From NCBI GenBank assembly GCA_951406725.2, contig OX597814.1, forward strand, positions 130,262,001 through 130,326,000: 64,000 nucleotides of DNA. Reading direction: 5' to 3'. The DNA is from Octopus vulgaris. Taxonomy: Eukaryota. Within the stretch, counting starts at the first letter, position 1, and the number at the start of each line of letters is the position of its first letter. A program made the translations under genes and the position numbers. The notes under the pieces were generated by a model. It saw only the letters and a program-made list of their open reading frames with translations, was not told the origin of the DNA and made no database searches. This document shows positions 50,735 through 64,000 of the stretch, piece by piece.

Positions 50735-51465
50735 TTAAATATATGGCATAAATAACGTACATATGCAAATTGCTGACAATATTAATAATCCATGTAACAG
50801 CATTAACATCCTACCAATAGCAGTACTATAAGCAATAATAACAACCCTGTTGACCGCTGCTTAATCCTAGAGAATACAAGTAAATCTAATAGGTTTCACT
50901 ATAATTGTTACTGTCTTCGGATCGCATACAAGCAACAGACTGATATTCCTACTGTTGCCATCTGTAATATTAAGGTCTATATGTCTCTTGTTGAAATAAA
51001 CCTCTAATCTCTCTAAATAATTTATACGTCACTAAAAATATTATCAACAGATATGAAGTCTTGACTTATCTTACTACATTTATCTATAATTGTGCGACGG
51101 AATGTGCATTTAAGATTACATTATATAATCATATTCTATTTTGAAGAGATGTGATAACGCTAAAGTTACATTAGTCGCTGGAAAAAAATGGGAAGTGAAA
51201 GATAAAGATTTTAAGTTCCAAATTACCTGGAGCATTGTCAAAGACGTCTTATCCTATTGAAATGATAAGTACATGTGTACATTTCGTTGCACTGAATTAT
51301 TGGAAATACTCAAATGTTCAGGTAATGTATTTGATAAATCCGGTGAGCTGAGAATAAGAGTTCGCACTATATTAATTAGTAACACTTTTTTTAATTCTTT
51401 AAACCTGTTAACTAGTATGTTTTGGATATTTACTACTTAATCTCTTATCCCTTAGCTTTAAACCT

Positions 51466-51875
51466 ATACTCTTTACTCTTTTACTCTTTTACTTGTTTCA
51501 GTCATTTGACTGCGGCCATGCTGGAGCACAGCCTTTAGTCGAGCAAATCGACCCCAGGACTTATTCTTTGTAAGCCCAGTACGTATTCTATGGGTCTTTT
51601 TTTTACCGAACCGCTAAGTTACGTGGACGTAAACACATCGGTTGTCAAGCGATGTTGGGGGGACAAACACAGGCACACAAACATATACACACACATACAT
51701 ATATGTATACATATATAAGACGGGCTTCCTTCAGTTTCCGTCTACCAAATCCACTCACAAAGCTTTGGTCGGTTTGAGGCTATAGTAGAAGACACTTGCC
51801 CAAGGTGCCATGCAGTAAGAATGAACCCGGAACTATGTGGTTGGTAAGCAAGCTACATACTACACAGTCACTCCT
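51466..51875 (-). mobile_element. SINE family B, full length
   Basis: Consensus match with (GTAAAAGA)n tail. Confidence 0.9.
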
Positions 51876-52033
51876 GATTTAGTTAAGTGAACTGGTCTCA
51901 TTTGAATATTTTTAACGCTTCGACTTTTAACTTAGATGTCTATACTTGCATGTTGTTAAGTTACAGCTTCTGCTATTACCTTTCTCTGTCCATCAATTAA
52001 CATATTTTCCCTAGTTATGTATTCTCAATGAGT

Positions 52034-52630
52034 GGAGGTGCAATGGCCCAGTGGTTATGGCAACAAGGCGGCGAGCTGGCAGAAACGTTAGCAGGCCGGG
52101 CGAAAATGCTTAGCGGTATTTCGTCTGCCGTTACGTTGTGAGTTCAAATTACGCCGAGGTCGACTTTACCTTTCATCCTTTCGGGGTCGATAAATTAAGC
52201 ACCAGTTACGCACTGGGGTCGATGTAATCGACTTAATACCTATGTCTGTCCTTGTTTGTCCCCTCTATGTTTAGCCCCTTGTGGGTAATAAAGAAATAGG
52301 TTATGGCAACAGACTCACGGTTACAGGATCCCGGTTTCGATTCCCAGACCGAGGGTTTAAGATGTTTATTGAACAAAAACTCTTGAAGCTCTGGCAGGGG
52401 GTGATGGCGAACTCTGCTGTACTTTTTCACCACAACTTTCCCTCACTTTTTTTCTGTTTCCGTTGTACCTGTATTTCAAAGAGGCCAGTCTTATCACACT
52501 CTGCGTCACGCTGAATCTCCACGAGAACTACGTTAAGGGTACGCATGTCTTTGGAATGCTAATTTCACGAGCAGGCTGTTCCGTTGATTGGATCAACTGG
52601 AACAATCATCGTCATAACCGACGGAGTGCC
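52034..52630 (+). mobile_element. SINE family C interrupted by a nested family A SINE (52066-52298)
   Basis: 13-bp TSD GGTTATGGCAACA at 52053-52065 and 52299-52311. Confidence 0.9.
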
Positions 52631-52949
52631 GTAGTAGTAATTCTCAATGTGATGTATTTTCAATGTAATGCCTTGTAACTTTTGTGTTCAAACCACTGAC
52701 GAAATATTTGATAGTCCAGTGTATGACTTCTCATTCTCTGTAGGCCATTATTATTAATCCTGTTTTTATATATTCTTTTATTTATTTATTTAATTATATA
52801 TCTATATCTATACACCTTATATCCATATCTGTATCCGTATGTCTGTGTGTGTATATATGTGTGTGTATGTATAATTGTACACACGTCTATATACATATAT
52901 GTGTATGTGAGCGTGTAAACAATGTATTTGTTTATATTTGAACGTGTAC

Positions 52950-53065
<116 letters not shown>

Positions 53066-53086
53066 TTGAAACTGACTTATTGAAGT

Positions 53087-53129
53087 CCACCTGAAGATTG
53101 TCGATCAAGACAAGAAACGATTGTAGTGG
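53087..53129 (+). ncRNA. Minimal type I hammerhead ribozyme
   Basis: CCAC-CTGAAGA-TTGTC gatcaa GACAA-GAAA-CGATTG-TA-GTGG; predicted cut after 53125. Confidence 0.82.
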
Positions 53130-53227
53130 CGGTTTTTTTGACTATTTATTAAAATTTTATGTATTGATTAAGTCTTTCCTTGTTTGTTTTGCAAAATAGT
53201 GGTTTTGTCTCTAATAATATTTTATAA

Positions 53228-53275
<48 letters not shown>

Positions 53276-53351
53276 TGTGTGTATGTAACATACATATATA
53301 TATATTATATATGTGTGTGTAAGATATATATATGTGTATATATATATATAT

Positions 53352-53660
53352 ATTACAGTCAATAAGAGGAATGACCACTAAAGTGCATTCCTATACGTTA
53401 GAGATAGACGTCAAATCGCCTTACCACAAAGTGTTTTCTCAAGAACATTTTGGAAGTATAAATAATGAAATCATGATACGTAGGTAATCATTTTATTTTG
53501 TGAATTTTAATTTGCCTTCCTTATATTTTTTTACATTTTGGGGTTTGCTGTTTTTTTTTTTTTTCTTGAGAACTCACTCTTTGTGGTAACGCGATTTGAC
53601 GTCTATCTTTAGCATATAGGAATCCACTTTAGTGGTCATTCCTCTTATTAATTGTAATAT
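53352..53660. repeat. Foldback/MITE-like inverted repeat (arms about 95 bp)
   Basis: aataagaggaatgaccactaaagtg...gatagacgtcaaatcgc / gcgatttgacgtctatc...cactttagtggtcattcctcttatt. Confidence 0.85.
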
Positions 53661-53762
53661 AATTTTTAAATCTTCGGAATTTTTTTTTAATATGCTAGAC
53701 CACTGGTTTAAATTGATGTTAACTGATTGATATCACTTTCTACCCTCATTATTTTTATTTTA

Positions 53763-53801
<39 letters not shown>

Positions 53802-54853
53802 ATTTTTAACACTAATGGGTATATGTCAATTAGTGTGCTGAATAAAGCACGTTCACAGTTTTGGGCTACCTGGTGCTATCTACGGTTGTGGTATATTTCC
53901 TCTGGATCTACGTCAGGAATACTGCAGTGTTAGTTGAGGTATTTGATGAAGGAAACAGAAGATAGATTTAGCGCTAGTCTTTCTTTATTCAGTACGACGA
54001 TCATTTCTGTCTATCCTTCAGCTATATACATCCGAATGGAAACATAAATACGTTATTAGTTCAGCTATGTTCGAATCGATGTTTGAAATCTTACCTATTT
54101 AAAATTTTATCCGATGATGATGGATTGGATATTATGATATGGTCTTGTACGGCTATATTAAATAAACAAAACGCTAGCGAAAGTGATGTCGTGAATTTTG
54201 AACAGTTATTTGTACTTACTTATAACTAGGTTATATGAACGATCCGCCCTGAGTTTCTTCTATGGTTTTGATTGAATTCACTACTTGCAAATCCGTGGTA
54301 TCCTACCAACTCTTGATGTCTTTGATGTTGTTTACTACATTCAGACTATTATCGTGCCCAGCAATTTCTGGTCCCACGAGTTGATGCGTATCGATTCTTA
54401 TGAATCTTCATAACAATTTCATATATATATTTATAATATATATATATATGTGTATATATATATATATACACACACAGAAACGACTTGTTTTAAATCTCTG
54501 AGCGAGTGATATATAGTAATGTTTATATGCCAACAGGATGTGGCTGTCCTATAAAGGACGATGTTACTATTGTTTTAGCACCGGGAAAACATCTTTTCCA
54601 GCTGGCTATCGACACGCAGTTTGTATCCGTATAGCATTTGCAAGGGAGGTCATCGTTCCCGTCTCTTACGTGATACACACAGGCTTAGGTTTCTGAATGT
54701 TATCGTCCTCATTGTGAGACAACCATAAGCTAGTCATATATACATATACGGCGAAGGACAAAGAACAAAAGACGAAAGGACTACATCAAATCACATTCAA
54801 TGGTACTAGTTTGACACTCAAGTGGGTATATATATATATGCGCATATACATGC

Positions 54854-54905
<52 letters not shown>

Positions 54906-55574
54906 ATGTGTATGTTTGTGTGTGTGCATGTGTGTGTATATATGTATATACACATATGTGTGTGAAGATACATATGTATGAATGTATGTATGTATGTATG
55001 TATGTATGTATGTATGTATATATGTATGTATGTATGTATGTATATATGTATGTATGTATTTAAGTGTAGGCATGTGTATAATTCATTATGAATCATCGCT
55101 CTCATACCCTATCTGACAATGAACATCTGCATAACAAAATGTCCAAGATCGCAAAGAACGAAAAATATACACAGCTGAACTAATACACACATTTGAAAAT
55201 GTGAAAGAATAATATACATTCACTTGAAAGACCAAACATGAACTGTATATGGGTGATCGATATTTGTATCGCCTTGGCTATTATATATTTATTGTTTATT
55301 TACTTATCTTTTTGTTTTACATTTCATTTTTTTCTACTTACTATTTATCGTTTTTTTTTTTACATGCATGTGTATTTGTGGGTATGTATATGTGTGGGTG
55401 TATGTATGTTAAACGAAGATTGTAGGCATACATATAGAAATTGCTTCCATATGTATGGAGAGTAATGCACCTGCGTGTAAACTACACGTACCACAGTGTT
55501 TGAATACGTATCAAGGCAGAGTGTATATACATAAATAAAGCCGCGAGCTGAATAATGTTTTACACGTATGTACA

Positions 55575-55636
55575 ACCGCTAAGTTACGGAAACGTAAACT
55601 CACCAGCATCGGTTGTTGGGGGGGGGGACAAACACA

Positions 55637-55682
<46 letters not shown>

Positions 55683-55855
55683 GAGAGATATATACGACGG
55701 GCTTCTTTCAGTTTCCTTCTACCAAGTCCACTCACAAGGCTTTGGTCGACCCGAGGCTATAGTAGAAGACACTTGCCCAAGGTGCCACGCAGTGAGACTG
55801 AACCCGAAACCATGTGGCTGGTAAGCAAGCTACTTACCACACAGACACTCCTGCG

Positions 55856-55859
<4 letters not shown>
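55575..55859 (-). mobile_element. SINE family B, 3' truncated
   Basis: Head through cttagcggtt. Confidence 0.85.
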
Positions 55860-55903
<44 letters not shown>

Positions 55904-56094
55904 TAATGGACTCTGCCGTTGTTTGACCCCGAAGTTGTTTATAATAATTTCCTATTAAACTGAAAACACACTCAATACTTTCTATAGTATTCACGGGTAA
56001 ACTGTTGATAGTGATTTCGAAATTTTGGCTTTCCTGTCTTCAAATCAGCAGCTTCGAAGTCACTGTTTAGCTTTTCCTTTGAGATATACATAGT

Positions 56095-56495
56095 CAATAA
56101 TACAGACGGGTTGAGGGCCACTACAGTTGTTTCACCCGTGTTCTTTATTGATGAACAAAAGCATTCCATCATGAAAAAAAAAAGACGTTTTCTTCAGGGG
56201 AATAAAGAGTAAAATTTAACATTTAGAACTTCTCACAAAATAGAATATAGTGCAAGTCGACCCTAACAACTGGGATACAACTGGGTTACTCTTATAGAAA
56301 GTTACTCTCCCAGCTGTAACCTTGTTTGTAGGGTCAACTTGCATTATGTCCTATTTTGTAAGAAATTCGGTGAGTTGAATTTTGCTCTTCATTCATCTGC
56401 AGTAAACGGGGTAATTTTTTTGTATGATGTAACGCTGTTCATCTATAATGAAAACGGTTGAAACAACAATAGTGAAACTTAATCCATATGTATTA
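56095..56495. repeat. Old degenerate palindrome/foldback element
   Basis: cacaaaatagaatatagtgcaagtcgacccta / tagggtcaacttgcattatgtcctattttgt, centred near 56298; weaker symmetry extends outward. Confidence 0.7.
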
Positions 56496-56756
56496 TTGTT
56501 TATTCTTCACCAAACTGCGAATATTCCACGCGTTTGGATCTGTAGCCTGTAGTCCACTGTGGAATACGTGCAGTGGCTGTACCCCTGTGTGACATTGAAT
56601 AAACGTTGTGTATTCTGTCAGGAATTATGACTGTGTGCATAACTGGAATGACAAGTCTATATTTATTTAAGTAATTACGTATGTGTCAGCACACGTTAGT
56701 GCACTGGTGCGCTATCCTGGATTCTACCTTGCTGCTTTTATATTCAATATACTTGA

Positions 56757-57150
56757 AGGCGGCGAGCTGGCAGAAACGTTAACACGCCGGGCGAAATCCT
56801 TAGCGGTATTTTGTCTGTCTTTACGTTCTGAGATCAAATTCCGCCGAGGTCGGCGTTACCTTTCGGAGTCGATAAATTAAGTACCAGTTACGCACTGGAG
56901 TCGATATAATCGACTTAATCCGTTTGTCTGTCCTTGTTTGTCCCCTCTGTCTTTAGCCCCTTGTGGGTAGTAAAGAAATAGGTATTTCCTCTGCTGCCAC
57001 GTTCTGAGTTCAAATTCCGCCGAGGTCGACTTTGCCTTTTATCCTTTCGGGGTCGATTAAATAAGTACCAGTTACGCACTGGAATTGATATACTCGACTG
57101 GTGCCCTCCCCAAAAATTTCGAGTCTTGTGTCTAGAGTAGAAAAGAATAT
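56757..57150 (+). mobile_element. SINE family A, dimeric
   Basis: Same two-tail architecture as 13536-13912. Confidence 0.85.
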
Positions 57151-57299
57151 TTGAATATCTCATTCTATCGGACCCTGAAGATTTTAAGATATATGTATAT
57201 ATATTATTAGGCACACTTGTTTGTCCCTCCTAAAGGTTACTATATACGGCCTTCAGTTCTTTAATAGCTTGTCTGTCTTGCAGTCAAAACCGGTGTATG

Positions 57300-57855
57300 T
57301 TGGTACCAAGTATCCGTAGCCTGATTTCCATACTTCTCGTATCTACATCTGTATTCTTTCTACGCTAGACTTTCACAAACACTAACAATGTGAGTCACGC
57401 TTTCAACCCTCTTCCCTCACATTCTGCAGAGGTCCGTTGGTATATATTGCTTTTCTCTGAGCTGCTATTCAATGCCTGGTCCAGGTCAGTGATGATTAGG
57501 CTTTCAGTATTATTTTTTGGGTCACCCTTGTTGAGCCACCTCTATGATGCTTCCTAGTCTTTTAATTTGTTAGTTTCACTGTGGACCTGGCCATATAATT
57601 CCATGCGAAATAGGGTTTCTTCTCTCTCGTTAGCTGTTCTTGATCGGAATTCATGGGCACTCTCAAGTCTATTTTTGTTAAATCCTTCTGCATTAGCAGC
57701 ATACTGTAGGAAGTCTTGTTTGCTGTTTATCAAATGCTATACCATGTTTCTTCTTTCACTGTTGATGCTCTCCGTACGCTAATCCTCCCACGTCAACCTT
57801 TACCCCTCTTAATGTAGAGCCTGTGTACATAAGCCTTAGGGTGGAAGGCACCATA

Positions 57856-57856
<1 letters not shown>
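57300..57856 (-). pseudogene. Degraded R4/Dong-like fragment
   Basis: HPKAYVHRLYIKRGKG*RG and WLNKGDPKNNTESLIITDLDQAL; begins directly after (AAT)n. Confidence 0.75.
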
Positions 57857-57927
<71 letters not shown>

Positions 57928-57952
57928 CATCATCATCATTATTATTATTATT

Positions 57953-58511
57953 GGGTGAGAGAGCAGTGCATGCCATCAAAGTGACACTGGGGTAAAATAC
58001 ACCAGGCCCAGTATACACATCATGAATACCCGTCTGATAAGTGTACACCAGGCACATGCATCACAAACATATGTGCGCGACATGGTGATCTCATATCAAG
58101 TTAAATAGCGCATGACCTTGCAGGTGGGGACCCTGTTAGAATTTTTTTCTGGTCGAGTAGCCCTTCCTGCTCAAAAGGTGCCTCAATAAGGGTTGTTTAA
58201 GGATGTTGAACGAAACATCTATGTTTCCAGAGGTGAATTATTCAAACCGCAAGGAATCCCTCTCAACACATGGCTATGATGCTCCCCCACTACATATGCT
58301 CGTGATCAGAGATGCGCATATCATCAGCCACTAAGGGACATGCTCAACTGGTTAAGGCCAAACAACTGACAAGCTAATCTGTGGTATTGAGCAGAATATT
58401 TGCTGTAGCCCATCTTTTATACCAAGACAAAACAATGTACATGATAACACTTCCAATCAGTTAAGATCACGAACCATGAGAGCCACTGCCTGGTACAGCA
58501 TCGCGGCATTT
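57953..58511. repeat. About 560-bp non-coding insert between two (ATT)n arrays
   Basis: Sharp boundaries at ATT arrays; no ORF; probably a non-autonomous retroelement (inference). Confidence 0.5.
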
Positions 58512-58521
58512 ATTATTATTA

Positions 58522-58693
<172 letters not shown>

Positions 58694-58699
58694 CATTAT

Positions 58700-59522
58700 T
58701 CTATGTTTGACTTTTGCTTTATGTTTGTACAAGTTGGCTCCAAGTCTCACCCAGAGACCTCAAGAGACAACAGGCTGGAAGTTCACGTTGTTGTTATGCC
58801 TAGTGTGCCATATATTTGGGAGGTTTTTTTGTGTTGTACTAGTGAATGTCTAATAAATAAATAAATAAATAAAAAGTTTGTTTTAAACCTTGGGATCACA
58901 TAGAGAGTATTTTGCGTAGGATATGAGCAGTTCCCATGAACACTATCTTTTGAATTTCTGCCATTTTGGGGTTTCCTGGTATCTGAGTTAGGTAGCAATC
59001 AGCTCTTTTCGCTATCATTCCCAGGGCACCTATGACAACAGGTATTGTTTTAGTCTTCAGCTTCCACAGTTTGCTGATTTCTATTTCAAGATCTTTATAT
59101 TTGCTCAGTTTTTGGTAGGTCTTGACAGATACGTTTATATCGATTGGGACAGTCATATCAATGAGGAGGCATGTTCTTTGTCTGAAGTCTTTCAATATGA
59201 TGTCTGGCCTATTTGCATCTATCTTTCTGTCAGTTTGAATGGTGAAGTTCCAGAGGAGTGAGATGTGGTCATTTTCAAGCACTGGAGGTGGATTGTGTTC
59301 CCACCAGTTTTTTTCATGGGGCAAATCCAGGCTTTTGCAAATTACCCAGTGAATATATTGTGCAGCTCTATCATGCCTGTTGAGGTACTCTGTAGGCGCT
59401 AGAAGACTGCATTTGGAGACAACATGATCGATGGTTTCATTTTGTTGTCGGCATACACGACATGTTGGGCTACTGCCGTTCTTTAATATGTTGGCCTGGT
59501 AGTTTCTTGTTGGTAGGCATTG
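58700..59522 (-). mobile_element. 5'-truncated R4/Dong-like retrotransposon in (AAT)n
   Basis: Open frame 59522-58896: CRVCRQQNETIDHVVSKC, RHD, ANRPDIILKD..LLIDMTVP..K (RLE), IPVVIGALG; 3' UTR then (AAT)n; (AAT)n upstream as well. Confidence 0.92.
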
Positions 59523-59523
59523 A

Positions 59524-59649
<126 letters not shown>

Positions 59650-60278
59650 CATCATCATCATCATCATCATCTTGTTTATACATACATACATATATATATA
59701 TGCATACATAAGTATCTACGTACATACACATACACATATATGTATGCACATATATCTCACAAGGTCTGACACATCTTATGAATTAATTGGATAATTCCCT
59801 TAGAGTAGTGAGATAAGATAATTCATCACCAGTTCAGATCGGTTGGTCGGGTTCATGAAATATCCGATCAATGAATGCCGGGGAATGTATATATACAGAG
59901 AACTGCAATAAAGAAACATGTCTGCTAGAAGTACAGAGATGTCGATACGAGGATTAACTAAATTGAACATTAAAAAACAATATTGATGTTTCCTCGTGGA
60001 CTGTTGATGTAACTGATTGTTATTCTAGTGGGAAAATATCACACTGTACGCAATATCTTTGAAAATGACTGCAAAGACTAGTTCGAGAAGAAAGAGATAC
60101 CGGCGAAGATAAACAAGTTTAAAACAAATATACTTCGAGAATATATATATAAAAACCGCCAAAAACTGTTTGTTTTGTTTTTTATTTGTGTCTTTCGTTG
60201 TTCGAAAGAATAGTTCATATTCCATGTACTCGTACTTTTTCGCTGTACACGTTTCATGACACGTCCTGTGCCCACATA

Positions 60279-60361
<83 letters not shown>

Positions 60362-60903
60362 CGTACAGATGTAAGTATGTAATATAGGTATGTATATATG
60401 CATATATATATTATCTATATTATTCTATGATTGAATGCCACGCATCCTCTTCCAAGTATGTTTTATATTAATAATTCTGATGCGCACTCTATACGATCTT
60501 TTTACACTTTCCTTTTTCTCACTCTTATTCTTTTACCGCCGCTTCTCCCACAATACTTTCCTATTACTCTGTCACTCTCTCTCTCCCTCACTCCTCCTCC
60601 TTCACTCCTCCCCCTTACTCACGTGGCTCCCACGTGATCGTCGGCCGTCTTTCTTTCTTTCTCTCCATTGTTCCTGGAACAAGGAAGACGTTTAGAAATT
60701 GTTTTCATTAAAAATTACTTTTCAGATAAGGGAAACCTATAGTTAAAAGCCAGTGTCCAAGCAAAAAAGAAGAAACCATATTTACATTCCCTATGGCCAT
60801 TTCAGGGGTACATTACTGTATTTAATGCACGTGAGAAATATACTTCCAGGAGGGGAAACCAGTACTATGGTTCCACATGACTCGGGAATGGTCTTAATCC
60901 TCT

Positions 60904-60958
<55 letters not shown>

Positions 60959-60984
60959 TACACACACACTATATATATATATAT

Positions 60985-61486
60985 ATTTTTTTTTTACAAC
61001 TACAAATAAGGGTGTCTGAGAGACACCACCATGCCGAATTAGCAGTCAAATCCCTGACTCTAAAAACCACGTTAAATGTTCATGTCGCACCATGAGATAA
61101 GACAGAGGGACAAAATAGAGTAGCAAAAAATATTGCTGAATAATTCAAGATCCTGGAGATCTAGATTTGCTTTAGATAAGCTTTGCCGTCATCGGTTGAA
61201 TATATCAAAGCACGTAACTACAAATATATATATGCAGAACAAACGTTATACTTACATATACGAACGTCCATACATATGCACGTATGTACAAGGCCAGTTA
61301 AAGGCCAGTGCAAGGCCAGGATCTTGAATTATTCAGTAATATTTTTTGCTAGTCTATTTTGTCCCTCTGTCTTATCACATGGTGCGATATGAACATTTAA
61401 CGTGGTTTTTAGAGTCAGGGATTTGACTGCTATTTCGGCATGGTGGTGTCTCTCAGACACCCTTATTTTTAGTTGTAAAAAAATAT
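60985..61486. mobile_element. Foldback/MITE with TIRs of about 170 bp
   Basis: Arms about 60985-61156 and 61316-61486 are near-identical reverse complements; each contains the hairpin GGTGTCTgagAGACACC. Confidence 0.88.
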
Positions 61487-61566
61487 TACCTTTGTATGGT
61501 ATTTTTCCCATGCTGGCCACTTGATAATATCGATATTTAAATATCGATATTATCCTTATTTATAAA

Positions 61567-61614
<48 letters not shown>

Positions 61615-61740
61615 CAGCAAAATTTACTTAAGATAGATGCAGCAGCATTTCGTATGGTGTTATCCTTATAAATCCATGGGGTGGTTATAATCCAAATAAG
61701 CAACAATGAAAATTATGCATTAATGGAAAACCTCTATTAA

Positions 61741-61824
61741 TGGCTGATGATTGCTCAGCATTTTAAAACTGTTGTAATACTTACAACATTTAATAAAACG
61801 ATGTAGCGTGAAACAATCGTACCA
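61741..61824 (+). ncRNA. Type I hammerhead with long loop II
   Basis: TGG-CTGATGA-TTGCT...AGCGT-GAAA-CAATCG-TA-CCA. Confidence 0.65.
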
Positions 61825-61853
61825 AATAACCGAATTTTTGTTGCTTATTTTGA

Positions 61854-61951
<98 letters not shown>

Positions 61952-61980
61952 AAATAAGAAACAAGGATATCCAAGGTAGA

Positions 61981-62065
61981 GTAGTACAATTGTTTCAAGC
62001 TACTTCATTTGATTAAACACTGTAAGTATTACATCAGTTTTAAAATTTGAGCAATCTTCAGCCAC
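61981..62065 (-). ncRNA. Type I hammerhead with long loop II
   Basis: Reverse complement reads GTGG-CTGAAGA-TTGCT...AGCTT-GAAA-CAATTG-TA-CTAC; palindromic stem III ACAATTGT. Confidence 0.65.
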
Positions 62066-62870
62066 ATATAGAATTTTCCAATTAAACGGACAATGCACAT
62101 TCACCCCATTTGATTTATATGGATAATACCATACACCATTCTGGTGCCTTTCACTTAAGTACCATATTCATCTGAATCTAAATTTTGCTGAATATATACA
62201 TATATATAGATATATATATATATAGATATATATATATATAACTCAGTTTGAAGTGGTACAGAAAATTTTATAACTAATGAATAAAGTTAAGCTAGATTCA
62301 TTCGTCGTCTTATTAGTTGCATTACATGTTACTCTTCGTAAGAGTTACAAATTACCATTGATGTGTATGCAGTTTCTGCACCAGTGGACATTTTGATTGT
62401 TTCACTGTTGGAAGATATGATAGTAGATAGCCAGGAGTCCGATTTCCACATGAAATACACCGATTCCCAATCCTATCAAAACCAGTATTATACACACACA
62501 CACACACGTACGTATACACATACACACATACACACATGCGCTCGATGATTTAGGAAAATCTGGTTTGGGAACCAAGTGCTGCGCATTTAGCCCGCAAAGA
62601 TGAGCTGGACTCTAAATGTGTCAAAGGCAACTAACCCAGAAAATGGAAAACTCTAATAACAAAGTCTGAAATATGCTTTTCATTGAGTTTGTGGCAAGCG
62701 TTTTGCACCAACTTTCTCCTATCAGCATTTTCGAAATGTGTGGATGTTCATACACGACCCTTCATCGCTGGAAATGTTTCATCTGTGTAGGGAGTCTAAT
62801 AATTATCATATAAGTTGGTTCAAACAACGGCAGAGTCCATTATGTGTGTGTATATATATATATATATATA

Positions 62871-63277
62871 TAGGCGCAGGAGTGTCTGTGTGGTAAGTAG
62901 CTTGCTTACCAACCACGTGGTTCCGGTTTCAGTCCCACTGCGTGTCATCTTGGGCAAGTGTCTTCTACTATAACCTCGGGCCGACCAAAGTATTGTGAGT
63001 GGACTTGGTAGACGAAAACTAAAAGAAGCCCGTCGTATATATGTATATATGTGTGTATGTTTGTGTATCTGTGTTTGTCCCCTATCATTGCTTGACAACC
63101 GATGCTGGTGTGTTTATGTCCCCGTTACTTAGCGGTTCGGCAAAAGAGACCGATAGAATAAGTACTGGGCTTACAAAGAATAAGTCCCGGGGTCGATTTG
63201 CTCGACTAAAGGCAGTGCTCCAGCATGGCCGCAGTCAAATGACTGAAACAAGTAAAAGAGTAAAAGAGTAAAGAGTA
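62871..63277 (+). mobile_element. SINE family B, full length
   Basis: Consensus match. Confidence 0.9.
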
Positions 63278-63279
63278 AT

Positions 63280-63362
<83 letters not shown>

Positions 63363-63390
63363 ATATAATATATATTATAAATATATATAA

Positions 63391-63451
<61 letters not shown>

Positions 63452-63567
63452 TTCCCGTATTGTATTCTCTTTTTATTTCTCGTTTGTATTTTTTTGTACA
63501 TGTATTTTTATCGTGTAATTTATCTTGTTTTTCACCCGGCTGCTTGGAATTTTATTTTAATTCTCTC

Positions 63568-63660
63568 GCAGGAAGGCCTAGTTTTACGATGTGTCCTGTC
63601 TCGCCTTCGAAACACGCTTGAGTCTAACTAGCGACAGCTGATGACCGGGGACTTTTCCTT
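63568..63660 (+). ncRNA. Putative non-circularly permuted hammerhead-like ribozyme, copy 3
   Basis: TGTGT-C-CTGTC tcg ccttc GAA-ACACG ...16 nt... GACAG-CTGATGA-ccgggg; GUC site at 63593-63595. Confidence 0.6.
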
Positions 63661-63814
63661 ATTTTCTTGTTATAATTTTATGTTTTTCCCGTTTCTACGT
63701 CCTGTTGTGGTGTCCTGTACTCACGTATATTTATTTATATATGCATATATATATACATGTAGATGTAGGTACGTACATATATGTTTGTATGTATGCATAT
63801 ATTTTAATAATTAC

Positions 63815-63851
<37 letters not shown>

Positions 63852-64000
63852 TTTATTTCTCTTTTTTCGTTCTCTCCATTTTTTTTTGCCACTTACTCAT
63901 TTATGTCTTAGAGTACAGGCTCGAAACATCCAAGACTTTACCGTTCTTGCCGAGCGTTAGACAAATACATCTGCTTGTTGTCCTTCGTCTGTCTTCGTCT

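Overview
AT-rich, microsatellite-laden eukaryotic DNA. The SINE families and repeat landscape suggest a coleoid cephalopod (Octopus-like); this is an inference. No host protein-coding gene is recognisable, and nearly all ORFs in the track are microsatellite or SINE artefacts. The window holds: (i) an apparently uninterrupted HERO-like RLE non-LTR retrotransposon ORF (minus strand, 2743 to the left edge); (ii) R4/Dong-like fragments, two of them embedded in (AAT)n arrays; (iii) CR1-group and Penelope-like remnants; (iv) Tc1/mariner/pogo-derived non-autonomous elements; (v) about 30 tRNA-head SINE copies from three modular families; (vi) several foldback inverted repeats; (vii) a 100-N gap. The most notable signal is RNA-structural. 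About 9 hammerhead ribozyme (HHR) motifs with compensatory stem changes occur in TA-flanked Penelope-like repeats. A separate repeat family (7297-7393 +, 46160-46254 -, 63568-63660 +) carries the three HHR core strands in a non-circularly permuted order (NUH, then GAAA, then CUGAUGA), with covarying stems I and III. All folds were done by eye and are untested.
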